Below are positions 20,364 to 29,197 of a DNA stretch of 64,000 bases, piece by piece (the first letter of the stretch is position 1; every line of letters starts with the position of its first letter). Source of the DNA: a virus. Lineage: Duplodnaviria > Heunggongvirae > Uroviricota > Caudoviricetes. The notes beneath the pieces are model-generated. The model did no database searches. It had not been told where the DNA came from and was given only the letters and a program-made list of their open reading frames with translations. The position numbers and the translations under genes were made by a program. Location: positions 1-64,000 of the IMG/VR virus record IMGVR_UViG_3300008267_000033; one strand, written 5' to 3'.

Positions 20364-20635
20364 TATGCTGTCTCCCGATCTGTGATGTAAGTGAATAAAA
20401 CAAATTTGGCACGGTTCAGCAGTTGTCGCTGATCTTCTATGGTGTTGAAGTCGGGCTGTTCGTATGCCATCATTTCCTGTGCATCGCTCAGCATACTTGC
20501 CACAACCATTGCAGGTCCTGAAAAACGGAACGTGCTACCGGACTCCACTGCTTCACGCATCTGTGCTTCAGTGCAACCGTACATGCCCACTTCACGGATT
20601 TCTTTAGTTGTCAGTCCTTCAAACGCTTTTCTCAT
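20363..20635 (-). CDS. hypothetical early protein (90 aa)
   Basis: Start set to ATG 20633-20635, preceded by AGGAG and the consensus promoter at 20666-20694; the longer track ORF would begin upstream of the promoter. Confidence 0.4.
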   Translation of the reverse strand: MRKAFEGLTTKEIREVGMYGCTEAQMREAVESGSTFRFSGPAMVVASMLSDAQEMMAYEQPDFNTIEDQRQLLNRAKFVLFTYITDRETA

Positions 20636-20665
20636 CTCAGGCTCCTTTTTGCTTTGTATGCCACT

Positions 20666-20694
20666 ATTATAACAGTTTGGCAATTATTGGTCAA
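20666..20694 (-). promoter_or_regulatory. sigma70-type promoter cassette (TTGACC-17-TATAAT) with conserved 24-nt 5' UTR AGTGGCATACAAAGCAAAAAGGAG
   Basis: -35 at 20689-94, -10 at 20666-71, SD 20642-46, ATG 20633-35. Confidence 0.65.
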
Positions 20695-20702
20695 CCAAAA
20701 TG

Positions 20703-20954
20703 TCAACTGTATTGTGTGGTATCTTCCATCGCCACGGTCAAGCCCAGTTGTTCCAAGACTTCCCACTCAGGTTTTTCACGCCAGGTTTGAATGTATGCCT
20801 CTTTGACGTCGTGGGCCAATGCCCGGGCAAATTTCTTACTCTGCATGATCTTTTGCATCTTGCGGGCGTCAACGATTTCAACGCCTGGCAGATTTTCAAA
20901 CACTGCCTGCAGTTCTTTTTCCGAGAATTCAATGGTCACTGTGATCTTGTTCAT
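20703..20954 (-). CDS. hypothetical early protein
   Basis: ATG 20952-20954 preceded by AGGAG and the consensus promoter at 20985-21013. Confidence 0.4.
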   Translation of the reverse strand: MNKITVTIEFSEKELQAVFENLPGVEIVDARKMQKIMQSKKFARALAHDVKEAYIQTWREKPEWEVLEQLGLTVAMEDTTQYS

Positions 20955-20984
20955 TGCGAGCTCCTTTTTGCTTTGTATGCCATT

Positions 20985-21013
20985 ATTATAGCAAATTGGG
21001 AATTTCCGGTCAA
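20985..21013 (-). promoter_or_regulatory. sigma70-type promoter cassette (CTTGACC-17-TATAAT) with the same conserved 5' UTR
   Basis: -35 at 21008-13, -10 at 20985-90, UTR AATGGCATACAAAGCAAAAAGGAG, ATG 20952-54. Confidence 0.65.
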
Positions 21014-21014
21014 G

Positions 21015-21044
21015 AAAAACCCTGCATCGAGCAGGGTTTTAAAA
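21015..21044. terminator. bidirectional rho-independent terminator
   Basis: AAAAACCCTGC atcgag GCAGGGTTTTAAAA: 7-bp GC stem flanked by A- and T-runs, between the phosphoesterase stop and the next promoter. Confidence 0.6.
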
Positions 21045-21045
21045 G

Positions 21046-21063
21046 GTAGTACTTGAGTATTAC
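21046..21063. promoter_or_regulatory. 18-bp palindrome GTAGTACTTGAGTATTAC (copy 2), upstream of the terminator and promoter unit at 20985-21044
   Basis: Identical to the copy at 16443-60. Confidence 0.4.
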
Positions 21064-21065
21064 TG

Positions 21066-21680
21066 TTAATCCACATGGTGTTCGGTCTTGAAATTGCCGT
21101 TTTTGAATCCAATCTCTCCACCTTCTGCTTGGATGCGCCGGTACACATCATCCAACAATATGGGTGCAAAGTCAGTCTGTTCCACGCACACACAATGGTA
21201 TCGCGGATCGATCTCAGTGCCGTACAATACTTCACCGGTCTTGGCGTTGACACCACGGGCCCGTTTCACACGACTGGCGTGCAAGTGTCCGTGAATGTTG
21301 GTACCAAAGCGACCCAACGAGGCCTCATGCACAGGGATATGACTCAAGATCATTCCGTTCATCACATGGTATGCCCGCAACTCACGAAAGTATTCGCGAT
21401 ACTCCACATCCGGAAAGATATCATGGTTGCCGCGAATCAATACCTTGTCCCCGTTCAAGCGAGCCAAAGTTTTCAACGCACGGCGGTTGATAACCACGTC
21501 ACCCAAATGGTACACTTTGTCAGTGGGCCGGACTCGTGCGTTCCACTTTGCAACCATGTCCTCATCCATCTCCTCGGGAGTGTCGTAAGGACGCAACTTG
21601 GTCACGCCATCGTTGCGAGTGAACTTGCACACACCCATGTGTCCAAAATGTGTGTCACTTACCAAAAACGTTGCTGGCAT
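21066..21680 (-). CDS. calcineurin-like metallophosphoesterase
   Basis: N-terminal FLVSDTHFGH, the DxH(x)nGDxxDR-type metallophosphatase motif; own consensus promoter and SD. Confidence 0.65.
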   Translation of the reverse strand: MPATFLVSDTHFGHMGVCKFTRNDGVTKLRPYDTPEEMDEDMVAKWNARVRPTDKVYHLGDVVINRRALKTLARLNGDKVLIRGNHDIFPDVEYREYFRELRAYHVMNGMILSHIPVHEASLGRFGTNIHGHLHASRVKRARGVNAKTGEVLYGTEIDPRYHCVCVEQTDFAPILLDDVYRRIQAEGGEIGFKNGNFKTEHHVD

Positions 21681-21705
21681 ACGTCACTCCTTTCTTTAAA
21701 GTGTA

Positions 21706-21734
21706 ATTATAACAGATTGGGCATTTCTGGTCAA
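21706..21734 (-). promoter_or_regulatory. sigma70-type promoter (CTTGACC-17-TATAAT) for the metallophosphoesterase gene
   Basis: -35 at 21729-34, -10 at 21706-11, AGGAG SD, ATG 21678-80. Confidence 0.6.
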
Positions 21735-21737
21735 GCA

Positions 21738-22208
21738 CTACTTGGGTACTACTTCCAACCAAGTGTGATCGCCCATGTACTTAACCTGTGCCTGGTACTC
21801 GTAATCCTCAGGTGCACTGCTTGACCAGTCGTCAGGACCATGCGGTGTCAACAAGGTATGTTGCCGGCGCCGGTCCCAGGCCAACCAATACACATTGCCC
21901 ATCACAGGACTGAATTGGTACACTGCCGCATGCACTAGATCTGTAACGGCTAGTCTGCGTCGAATGTCATCTGCTTGCTTTTGCAACACACTCACCAGTT
22001 CCATGATTCGATCATACTCTTGCTGGGCATACATCCTGGCATGATTGATCATGAGATCTTTTTGCTGTGTGACTGGTACTAGATCAAATGCAGGACCCAG
22101 TGTACTGGTGGCGTAGGGTGTGACATTACGGTTGAAGAAGTGCACCAAGGTATTGCCGGTGCTGACATCAAAGCTATCGCGACCCTTGGCGCTATTGCTT
22201 TCATCCAC
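21738..22208 (-). CDS. hypothetical protein (GTG start per ORF track)
   Basis: ORF track. Confidence 0.3.
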   Translation of the reverse strand: MDESNSAKGRDSFDVSTGNTLVHFFNRNVTPYATSTLGPAFDLVPVTQQKDLMINHARMYAQQEYDRIMELVSVLQKQADDIRRRLAVTDLVHAAVYQFSPVMGNVYWLAWDRRRQHTLLTPHGPDDWSSSAPEDYEYQAQVKYMGDHTWLEVVPK

Positions 22209-22210
22209 TG

Positions 22211-22477
22211 TTACAGGGGCTGTTGTTTGTTGCGTCTGCGTGGCTGAACTTCAGTCTCACGATAGATGTAGTCTCGGCCAATTTTACCTGCTTCAATTTC
22301 CAACATAGCTGTGACGCCGGCACTGTGTGCAAATTTAAGTGTGATTTTAGGCATGTCACCGCGACTCAGTTCCCGCATGCGGCGTGCGCCAGCCAGGACC
22401 AAATCGTATCGGTTACCGATCATGGCCACTGCCTGTTCTGAGTTGAGTCCTGCTGTTCTGTCTGCTGGGTGCTTCAT
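22211..22477 (-). CDS. rpoZ: RNA polymerase omega-subunit (RpoZ)-like protein (89 aa)
   Basis: [36 protein letters not shown] aligns with E. coli RpoZ [35 protein letters not shown]; start set to ATG 22475-22477, preceded by GGAAGA. Confidence 0.5.
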   Translation of the reverse strand: [88 protein letters not shown]

Positions 22478-22764
22478 GGTTCTTCCTTGGTTGATAATCC
22501 GTTTGAATGCTTGGCTGTTTGTTGTTCCAAGTCTTGGAACAGGCGCTTTTCTTGTTGGGTCAGTCTGTCCTTGTGTGTCTTGCGTGGATTGCCACACATG
22601 AAACATCGTGGTTGACCACAGTCCATGGCATGACGCTTGGCAAACTTATGCGGCTGACCAATGTTTGAACCAGCGGCTCGGGCAATTTTAACTTGTCTAG
22701 ACACAGCCACATCAGTTTTGTGTCGGCGTCGGCTGTTGACAAATCGGGCTAGGTCGTTGCTCAT
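22474..22764 (-). CDS. small basic protein with CxxxxCxxC motif
   Basis: ORF track; CGQPRCFMCGNPRKTH; ATGA overlap with neighbouring genes. Confidence 0.3.
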   Translation of the reverse strand: MSNDLARFVNSRRRHKTDVAVSRQVKIARAAGSNIGQPHKFAKRHAMDCGQPRCFMCGNPRKTHKDRLTQQEKRLFQDLEQQTAKHSNGLSTKEEP

Positions 22765-22925
22765 CCGCCGCGTCCCACTGTGCGTTGCACAGGTCTACCT
22801 GCAATGGCGGGAGTGCCAGATCGCTTGGTTTTGCCTGATTTGATTTTGGCATCAGGATGAGCAGCCGCATGTTTTTTGGCCAATGCGTCTCGAAGTGTAT
22901 CAGTCAATTTTTTAGGTTTAGTCAT
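22761..22925 (-). CDS. small Lys/Arg-rich basic protein (54 aa)
   Basis: Start set to ATG 22923-22925 (MTKPKKLTD...), downstream of the sigma70-like promoter at 22951-22979; the track ORF starts at TTG inside the -35 box. Confidence 0.35.
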   Translation of the reverse strand: MTKPKKLTDTLRDALAKKHAAAHPDAKIKSGKTKRSGTPAIAGRPVQRTVGRGG

Positions 22926-22950
22926 ACTGTTATTTACGTCCTTGGTGTAC

Positions 22951-22979
22951 AGTATAACAAAGAATCCATTGAGTGTCAA
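22951..22979 (-). promoter_or_regulatory. sigma70-type promoter (TTGACA-17-TATACT) for the small basic protein / RpoZ-like operon
   Basis: -35 at 22974-79, -10 at 22951-56, immediately downstream of the terminator hairpin at 22987-23008. Confidence 0.5.
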
Positions 22980-22982
22980 GAG

Positions 22983-23008
22983 AAAAGGGCCGACGGCCCT
23001 TTTGGTTT
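22983..23008. terminator. rho-independent terminator (bidirectional)
   Basis: GAAAAGGGCC gac GGCCCTTTTGGTTT. Confidence 0.5.
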
Positions 23009-23219
23009 AATGCTTTTGCAAATTAGCGTGTCATAAAATACATGGTAATTTCAAAACCATAACGCATATCTTGCGCGGCTGGTGTAGTCCATTTCATAGT
23101 AATCTCCTTTGGTTAAACATACTGTTGTATGTATGACTATTATACTACACAATCCATCAAGAACATATCCTGATAATCATGATTTTGTGTAAGTGGAACT
23201 CACTAAGTATTTACACTAG

Positions 23220-23657
23220 TTACTGTGTTTCTTTATGTGCAGCCAAGGCCTTGACAAAGCGGTTGGCGTGACTACGTTCTGCTTTGGCCAGTGTTTCAAA
23301 CCAATCAGCAATTTCGTCGTGGCCTTCATCACGTGCAGTTTTGGCCATGCCTGGATACATGTCAGTGTATTCATGTGTTTCACCGTGGATAGCACTTTCC
23401 AATGCTTGGGTAACAGTCCGGGCAGTCATTCCTGTACCAGGATCACCTGAACCACCGTCGATCAGGTATTCCATGTGACCATGTGCATGTCCAGTTTCGC
23501 CTTCGGCAGTGCTACGGAACAAGGCAGCAACATCGTTGTCTCCGGCCACGTCAGCCATGTTTGCAAAGTACAAGTACCGTCGGTTGGCCTGTGATTCACC
23601 GGCAAATGCTTCTTTTAAATTCAATTCAGTTCGGGTTCCTTTTACGGATTGTGTCAT
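23220..23657 (-). CDS. rubrerythrin/ferritin-like diiron protein
   Basis: [23 protein letters not shown] matches the rubrerythrin N-terminal helix; GGAGG SD. Confidence 0.55.
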   Translation of the reverse strand: MTQSVKGTRTELNLKEAFAGESQANRRYLYFANMADVAGDNDVAALFRSTAEGETGHAHGHMEYLIDGGSGDPGTGMTARTVTQALESAIHGETHEYTDMYPGMAKTARDEGHDEIADWFETLAKAERSHANRFVKALAAHKETQ

Positions 23658-23760
23658 GGGTTCCTCCTATTAGTGACATCACTAGTATATAGTATATCTA
23701 TGGCGCTGGTCTATGGATTTTGCCATTGTATTTTTTAATGGCAGTGTTTGACATTATCTA

Positions 23761-23789
23761 TTGTGTTTTACCAAAATTTATTATATAAT
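23761..23789 (+). promoter_or_regulatory. sigma70-type promoter (TTGTGT-17-TATAAT) for the plus-strand aminotransferase gene; the ATG lies 2-5 nt after the -10 (leaderless)
   Basis: -35 at 23761-66, -10 at 23784-89, ATGATG at 23792-97. Confidence 0.45.
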
Positions 23790-23791
23790 GT

Positions 23792-24664
23792 ATGATGAAT
23801 AATTTTCCTGCATGGCGCAATGGCGCCTATTGCAATGTCGCTGATCTCTCATTGAGCATACTGGATTTGGGTGTGATACACTCTGATGCCACATACGATG
23901 TGCTGGCTGTGAAGCATGGACGAGCACTACAACTCAATCAACATATCAACAGATTAGAGCAAAGTTGCCGTGGTTGGCGACTGCCCATGCTGTACACCAG
24001 CGAAGAACTAAAAACTGTTGTGGCAGAGTTATACCACCGCAGTGAATTGGAAGCGGCGTTTGTTTGGTTTGCAGTCACAAGAGGTATTCCTGAATCAGGC
24101 ATGCCTAGAGATCTGACTCGTTGTGACACACAAGTCATGGCCTATGTCAAACCCTATTACGGATTTAATGTGACCAACACCGCCAGACTGTGTTTGAGCA
24201 CAACTCCGAGAGTTCCATCAACGTCTATCAATCAGAGCTACAAGAACTGGGCCTGGCAAGATCTAACACAAAGCCAATGGCAGGCTCAAGACCGTGGATA
24301 TGACAGTGCAGTGCTGTTGGATCACAATGGGCATTTGACCGAAGGACCTGGATTCAATGTCGGTGTGGTAATTGATTCAGTCATACACATACCACGACAA
24401 AATGTCCTGGGTGGTATTACCATGCAGCTTGTGCAACAGTTGTGTGATGCTCATGACATCAACTATAAATATTCTGACATTGATGCAGGCATGCTGGAAG
24501 CTGCCACAGACATGTTTGTTACCAGCACAGCCGGTGACATTGTGCCTGTTACTGAATTTGAATCTCAAAAGTTTTCAGTATCTGCTGAGCAATACACGCT
24601 GAAAAAACTCATACAAAAAGCCTGGACCTTGGATGGTTATTCCACACTATTACGTACCGTTTGA
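23792..24664 (+). CDS. class IV aminotransferase (BCAT / aminodeoxychorismate-lyase fold)
   Basis: DLGVIHSDATYDVLAVKHGRALQLNQHINRL region typical of the fold type IV PLP enzymes. Confidence 0.5.
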   Translation: MMNNFPAWRNGAYCNVADLSLSILDLGVIHSDATYDVLAVKHGRALQLNQHINRLEQSCRGWRLPMLYTSEELKTVVAELYHRSELEAAFVWFAVTRGIPESGMPRDLTRCDTQVMAYVKPYYGFNVTNTARLCLSTTPRVPSTSINQSYKNWAWQDLTQSQWQAQDRGYDSAVLLDHNGHLTEGPGFNVGVVIDSVIHIPRQNVLGGITMQLVQQLCDAHDINYKYSDIDAGMLEAATDMFVTSTAGDIVPVTEFESQKFSVSAEQYTLKKLIQKAWTLDGYSTLLRTV

Positions 24665-25538
24665 ATCAGGGAACATTTATGTTCACACAGTCACTGCACC
24701 TGGCAACGGCCGTGCTGTGGTAATCCTGCCTGGCCGTTCAATGAGTGGCAGAAACTTTTGGCATTTTGATCCAGGCACTGGCGTCACACATGCTGAACAA
24801 TTGGCTGCACAAGGTGTGGATGTGTACATGGTAGATGCCCTGGGATTTGGCAACAGCACAGGTATGTCGCGTTCAGACTACAATAGAATTTACTTTGCCA
24901 AACAAATTGCGGCTGTGATCGAAACCATGCCACACTACAATAACATTGCTGCCTTGGGTTTTTGCAATACCACGGTAGTGCCTTTAGTGTTAGCAGCACA
25001 AGGCTTGGTCAATCGAGCGGTGGTAATGAGCCCCACTGTGTTTGATACCACATGGTGTGAACAAAACCCTGGCATGATAAGACTGTGGCAACGCACTGCC
25101 ACAGAGTCAGGCTACTGGAGCACCAGTTTGGATGTGTTGATAGAACAACAACTTGCCAAGATCAGTGATAGAGAAATAGGCGAGCCACAGCGTGTTGCAC
25201 CATGGTATCAAAAAATGCAAACACTCACACAAGGCTATACTTCTTACAATTTAGATTCGTGGACAGCACCCAGAACATGGTGGTTAGACAGAATCACGTG
25301 GCCTTTGTTGCATGACAGTCACGGCTTTGACACAGATGCATTGGCTGGAGTGCCAATCTTGTTCACTCGTGGTGAATATGATGTGGATGTTCCACAAGAT
25401 TGGTTTGATCGTGCATGTGGATACTTTGGTAACGCTGATTTGCAAACATACACCATACCTGGCGTCACACACTTTGCACTGTGGGAACATGGTTATCAAG
25501 CCGCTGTGGATCGTGTGCAGGAGTTCTTGCTGTCATGA
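24633..25538 (+). CDS. alpha/beta-hydrolase-like protein (tentative)
   Basis: ORF track; VVILPG...GFGNSTG pattern. Confidence 0.3.
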   Translation: MVIPHYYVPFESGNIYVHTVTAPGNGRAVVILPGRSMSGRNFWHFDPGTGVTHAEQLAAQGVDVYMVDALGFGNSTGMSRSDYNRIYFAKQIAAVIETMPHYNNIAALGFCNTTVVPLVLAAQGLVNRAVVMSPTVFDTTWCEQNPGMIRLWQRTATESGYWSTSLDVLIEQQLAKISDREIGEPQRVAPWYQKMQTLTQGYTSYNLDSWTAPRTWWLDRITWPLLHDSHGFDTDALAGVPILFTRGEYDVDVPQDWFDRACGYFGNADLQTYTIPGVTHFALWEHGYQAAVDRVQEFLLS

Positions 25539-26770
25539 TTTACGTTCCAGATTCAGTAGGTGAGGTATTATACAGCCCACTAGGGCATTACACAGTGGGC
25601 GATAATTGGTTCTACAGCAACAGAGATGCACTAGAGGCCAGTCACCGTACCGGCCAACCTGTGGCTTGGCATTACTATGATGATGTTTGGGCTACTGCAC
25701 ATGCCGCTGGACACTGGCGCAATCAAAATCTACGCGAACTATATTATGCCAGAGCAAGACAAATACGTGAGCAGTATGACTATGTGGCGGTGTTGTTCAG
25801 TGGCGGCTGGGACAGTCGCAACATAATTGAAAGTTTTGCCGCACAAGGACTGCGCATAGATGATATCATTGTGTTGACCACACCAGAACTAGAAAACACA
25901 ACAGACTTCAACAATCAAGACCCCACAAACTGGTACGGTGAGATCATGTATCATGCAGTGCCCTATGCTGAACGTTATGCTGCCGCACATCCGGGCACAG
26001 GAGTGATCAAGATAGAGTGGCTGGATCGTGTGGTAAATGCTTATCGTAATCCTGAGCAAGTGTTCAAGGACAGTCGCCCCAAGCCTGGTGTGTTCTTTGG
26101 CCGTTGGCTCAGCGTAGCAACAAATGCTCAGCTAGAAAAACGAATAGGCAACCGTCGTGCCACATTACTAACTGGGCTAGATAAGCCTTGTGTGATGCGC
26201 ACTGGAGACTCTTACCGAGGATTTTTTCCCGAAGGCCTAATGCGTGTGTACACCTATTGCACAAAAAGCAACGGGTTCCCAGACAATGTGATATGGGAAC
26301 CATTTTATTGGACGCCCAACATGCCTGAACTGGCCATACGTGGTTGGTATGAACTGATAGATTTGTGTCGTCGAGATGCTGTGGTAGCACATGCTCATGA
26401 TTCCACATTGAGCATGGAACAACGTGCCACAGCCAAAATGAGTCGCTATGTACAAGATGCCATGCGCAGACATTTGTACCCAGGGTTTGATGCCGGTGCC
26501 TGGCAAGCAGACAAACAAAACGACTATGGTTTTTTTATGCAATTCGAGTTGCCAATATTGAATTTGCTGGCGCAAAAACAAGTACCGGTTAGAGAAGTGT
26601 TGGGTGAAGTTTTGGCAGAAACTGCTCAACGCATTGGTGAGAGTTCTGTTGCCATCGGCGACCGAACCAACAGCGGTCTGGTGCCTTGGGTTGACATGCC
26701 TGGTGGGCATACTGTGTTAGATTACAAAACCTTTACCAGTTGTGTGATCAATTTAGATGGCCGGCCCTGA
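25481..26770 (+). CDS. PP-loop ATP pyrophosphatase (SGGxDS), asparagine-synthetase / QueC-like
   Basis: VAVLFSGGWDSRNI PP-loop motif; 3' end overlaps tRNA-Arg(TCG) by about 13 nt; true start may be a later Met (MIYVPDS). Confidence 0.4.
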   Translation: MGTWLSSRCGSCAGVLAVMIYVPDSVGEVLYSPLGHYTVGDNWFYSNRDALEASHRTGQPVAWHYYDDVWATAHAAGHWRNQNLRELYYARARQIREQYDYVAVLFSGGWDSRNIIESFAAQGLRIDDIIVLTTPELENTTDFNNQDPTNWYGEIMYHAVPYAERYAAAHPGTGVIKIEWLDRVVNAYRNPEQVFKDSRPKPGVFFGRWLSVATNAQLEKRIGNRRATLLTGLDKPCVMRTGDSYRGFFPEGLMRVYTYCTKSNGFPDNVIWEPFYWTPNMPELAIRGWYELIDLCRRDAVVAHAHDSTLSMEQRATAKMSRYVQDAMRRHLYPGFDAGAWQADKQNDYGFFMQFELPILNLLAQKQVPVREVLGEVLAETAQRIGESSVAIGDRTNSGLVPWVDMPGGHTVLDYKTFTSCVINLDGRP

Positions 26771-26832
26771 CGGAATCGAACCGCCACCGCTTGTTTCGAA
26801 GACAAGCATGATATCCATTTCACCAAGGGCCG
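26758..26832 (-). tRNA. tRNA-Arg (anticodon TCG)
   Basis: Minus-strand cloverleaf: T-arm GGCGGTTCGATTCCGTC, anticodon loop CTTCGAA, acceptor CGGCCCT/AGGGCCG, encoded CCA. Confidence 0.7.
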
Positions 26833-26850
26833 GTGTTTGCTAAGTAACGT

Positions 26851-27552
26851 ATGACTGAACTATTATATACCCTGATTGCAACACATATCACCATTGTTGC
26901 TGTCACACTATTCCTGCACAGAAGCCAAGCACACAGAAGCGTACAGTTTCACCCTGTAGTGTCACACTTCTTTAGATTTTGGCTGTGGCTCACAACTGGC
27001 ATGGTCACAAAACAATGGGTAGCGGTACATCGCAAGCATCACAGATTCAGCGACGAGCCGGGTGATCCACACTCACCGCATGTGTATGGAATCAAACAAG
27101 TTTTCTTCAAAGGAGCAGTGCTATATCATGCGGCATCAAAAGATAAAGTCATGGTTGATACATATGGTGTTGGTACTCCTGCTGATTGGATTGAGCACAA
27201 CCTATACAGTGCTCACTCCAGACTTGGCATTGGCATTCTCTTTTTGTTCAACATCATCGTCTTTGGTTGGGTTGGCGCCATAATCTGGGGCATACAAATG
27301 CTATGGATCCCATTATGGGCCGCTGGTGTTGTGAATGGCATTGGACACTGGTGGGGGTATCGCAATGGTCAAACAAAAGATCAAAGCCAAAACATTGTGC
27401 CTTGGGGCATTGTGATCGGCGGCGAAGAACTACACAACAATCATCACCTTAATCCTGCCGGTGCTCGACTCAGCAGACACTGGTGGGAGTTTGATATTGG
27501 ATGGATGTACATCCGATTGCTCAGTGCCTTGCAGTTGGCCACTGTGAAATAA
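26851..27552 (+). CDS. membrane fatty-acid desaturase / hydroxylase-like protein (His-box)
   Basis: Three His boxes HRKHH, HWWGYRNGQ, HNNHH with hydrophobic segments between. Confidence 0.5.
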   Translation: MTELLYTLIATHITIVAVTLFLHRSQAHRSVQFHPVVSHFFRFWLWLTTGMVTKQWVAVHRKHHRFSDEPGDPHSPHVYGIKQVFFKGAVLYHAASKDKVMVDTYGVGTPADWIEHNLYSAHSRLGIGILFLFNIIVFGWVGAIIWGIQMLWIPLWAAGVVNGIGHWWGYRNGQTKDQSQNIVPWGIVIGGEELHNNHHLNPAGARLSRHWWEFDIGWMYIRLLSALQLATVK

Positions 27553-27553
27553 C

Positions 27554-27627
27554 TGGTGCTCTCACCGAGAATTGAACTCAGGATTCAGTCTTACCAAGAC
27601 TGTGTTATACCACTTAACTACAAGAGC
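27554..27627 (-). tRNA. tRNA-Thr (anticodon GGT)
   Basis: Anticodon stem CAGTC/GACTG with loop TTGGTAA; T-loop TTCAATT; encoded CCA. Confidence 0.6.
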
Positions 27628-27633
27628 AAAAGA

Positions 27634-27707
27634 TGGAGCAGGATACCAGAATCGAACTGGTGACTGGACGTTGGCAACGTTCTATTTTCCCCCTAAACTA
27701 ATCCTGC
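27634..27707 (-). tRNA. tRNA-Gly (anticodon GCC, tentative)
   Basis: T-arm ACCAGTTCGATTCTGGT; acceptor GCAGGAT/ATCCTGC; anticodon loop TTGCCAA with one A-C mismatch in the stem; CCA. Confidence 0.55.
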
Positions 27708-27713
27708 GATATT

Positions 27714-28196
27714 TTAGGCCGCCTGCAGACCTTTGAATCTGTCGGCAGCATAACTTGCGGCAAATGCATGTGGTTTCACAAAAGGAATCACGTTGCATGT
27801 GCCTTTGATGTAGCCTATGGCTTGGCTTAGGACACAACTTGAACCGTGCATTTCGTCAGGGTTGATGTCCAAGTGAACTTCGACATCACGTCCTTCCAAC
27901 ACTTCCGCCAGTTTCAAGTACAACTCTGATACTTTATAAACTTCAGTCATGAGTCGCATGGCAGGTTTGGACACCTTTTGATCCCACACACGTTCACGAT
28001 GCACTTCACCAAAGATCTTGCAACCGTTGTTGCCGTTGATGTGAACCACAACAGCCAACACATAGTCAGCATGCCATGCACCGTCGATGCGCAGGCGTTC
28101 TGAATCACAGCCAAGATAGATCTTGGTTTCCGGAGACTGAGCCCGGATAAATTCTGCCACTTGTTCTAGATCAAGTTTTTTCATATGCACTTTCAA
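27714..28196 (-). CDS. DUF458/YkuK-like RNase H-fold protein (tentative), embedded in the tRNA array
   Basis: Family recalled from memory only (YLGCDS..LAVVVHI..LDINPD..KPHAFAASYAADR); weak. Confidence 0.3.
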   Translation of the reverse strand: MKVHMKKLDLEQVAEFIRAQSPETKIYLGCDSERLRIDGAWHADYVLAVVVHINGNNGCKIFGEVHRERVWDQKVSKPAMRLMTEVYKVSELYLKLAEVLEGRDVEVHLDINPDEMHGSSCVLSQAIGYIKGTCNVIPFVKPHAFAASYAADRFKGLQAA

Positions 28197-28210
28197 GATT
28201 ATTTATTGTT

Positions 28211-28290
28211 GACTGGTACCCCCACTCTGATTCGAACAGAGAACATATACTCCCTTTTGAGGAGAGTGACTTTACCAATTTGTCCATGGG
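28211..28290 (-). tRNA. tRNA, 80 nt, anticodon probably CAA (Leu-like but without a long variable arm)
   Basis: Acceptor GCCCCCA/TGGGGGT; T-arm CTCTGTTCGAATCAGAG; anticodon stem CTCTC/GGGAG with loop CTCAAAA; CCA. Confidence 0.45.
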
Positions 28291-28295
28291 GGCAG

Positions 28296-28372
28296 GTGTG
28301 GTGGATGTTAGTGGGATCGAACCACTGACCCACAGCATGTCGAGCTGTTGCACTACCGCTGTGCTAAACATC
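28296..28372 (-). tRNA. tRNA-Val (anticodon GAC, tentative)
   Basis: GGATGTTTAGCACAGCGGTAGTGC D-arm; anticodon stem ACAGC/GCTGT with loop TCGACAT (C33); GGTTCGATCC; CCA. Confidence 0.55.
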
Positions 28373-28377
28373 CTGAA

Positions 28378-28454
28378 TTGGTGCCCCAGAGGAGACTCGA
28401 ACTCCTAAAATACGGCTTCTAAGACCGGCATGTATACCAATTCCATCACCGGGG
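28378..28454 (-). tRNA. tRNA, anticodon probably TAG (Leu-like, type-I length)
   Basis: Acceptor GCCCCGG/CTGGGGC; T-arm GGAGTTCGAGTCTCC; anticodon loop CTTAGAA; CCA. Confidence 0.45.
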
Positions 28455-28747
28455 CATTAAATACAATATGATTCCATACGAACTACGAGATACCACACAA
28501 GTACTGTATGCTAAGTTCAGCTGTCAGCCCTACGTGCCTGCTAGTTACTGGACCACCTCTAGAGAATTTGTGTTGAATCCACTTTACCAACACACTGTGA
28601 CACAGTATGTGGCGGATCCTGTGTTTGAAAAACCTCAGCATGAATTTGTGCTGGATACCACATTCTTGGTGCCTCCTCCAGGTTCCGACCCTGGTTCTCC
28701 GGATTTTCAATCCGATGCTATGACCACATCAGCTAAAGAGGCAAATT

Positions 28748-28822
28748 TGGTACCTTGTGACGGGATCGAACCGCCGACATTCGCCGTGTAAAGGCGCTAC
28801 TCTACCGCTGAGTTAACAAGGC
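28748..28822 (-). tRNA. tRNA-Val (anticodon TAC)
   Basis: GCCTTGTTAACTCAGCGGTAGAGT; anticodon loop TTTACAC; GGTTCGATCC; CCA. Confidence 0.6.
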
Positions 28823-29012
28823 TTAGGAAATTTGTTGCAATGCGTCTCGACGCATCAGCAGTTGGCGTGTTTCGTTGACTCTATGCACAGAGATGTACTC
28901 GATGCCTTCGAATATTCTTACATGTCTGATATCATCGCAAATGAGTATTTCTCTTGTGATCTTGTTTTCAAATGTAATTTTGTTCATAATCATCTCCTGT
29001 TACAGTACTTAT

Positions 29013-29104
29013 TTGGCGGAAGACGGAGGAGTCGAACCCCATCCCTGTTAAGAGAACCTGGTTTTCAAGGCCAGTCGCAGGACCAACCCCGCTGCATCAT
29101 CTTC
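29013..29104 (-). tRNA. tRNA-Ser (anticodon TGA), type II
   Basis: 92 nt with long variable arm; anticodon stem CTGGC with loop CTTGAAA; T-arm GGGGTTCGACTCC; GCCA end. Confidence 0.65.
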
Positions 29105-29113
29105 CTGTATTTT

Positions 29114-29191
29114 TTGGAGCAACGGGTGAGATTTGAACTCACGGTTTTTGGGATTTGCAATCCCATGCGTTGGGCCACTCCGCCACCGTTG
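29114..29191 (-). tRNA. tRNA-Cys (anticodon GCA)
   Basis: Acceptor GCAACGG/CCGTTGC; anticodon stem TGGGA/TCCCA with loop TTGCAAA; GTTCAAATC; TCCA end. Confidence 0.65.
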
Positions 29192-29197
29192 CATTGC

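Noticed and set aside
28468-28791. 107-aa plus-strand ORF between tRNAs
   Set aside because: Its end runs 43 nt into the minus-strand tRNA-Val and it has a weak RBS. It could be a real small gene, but the evidence is insufficient
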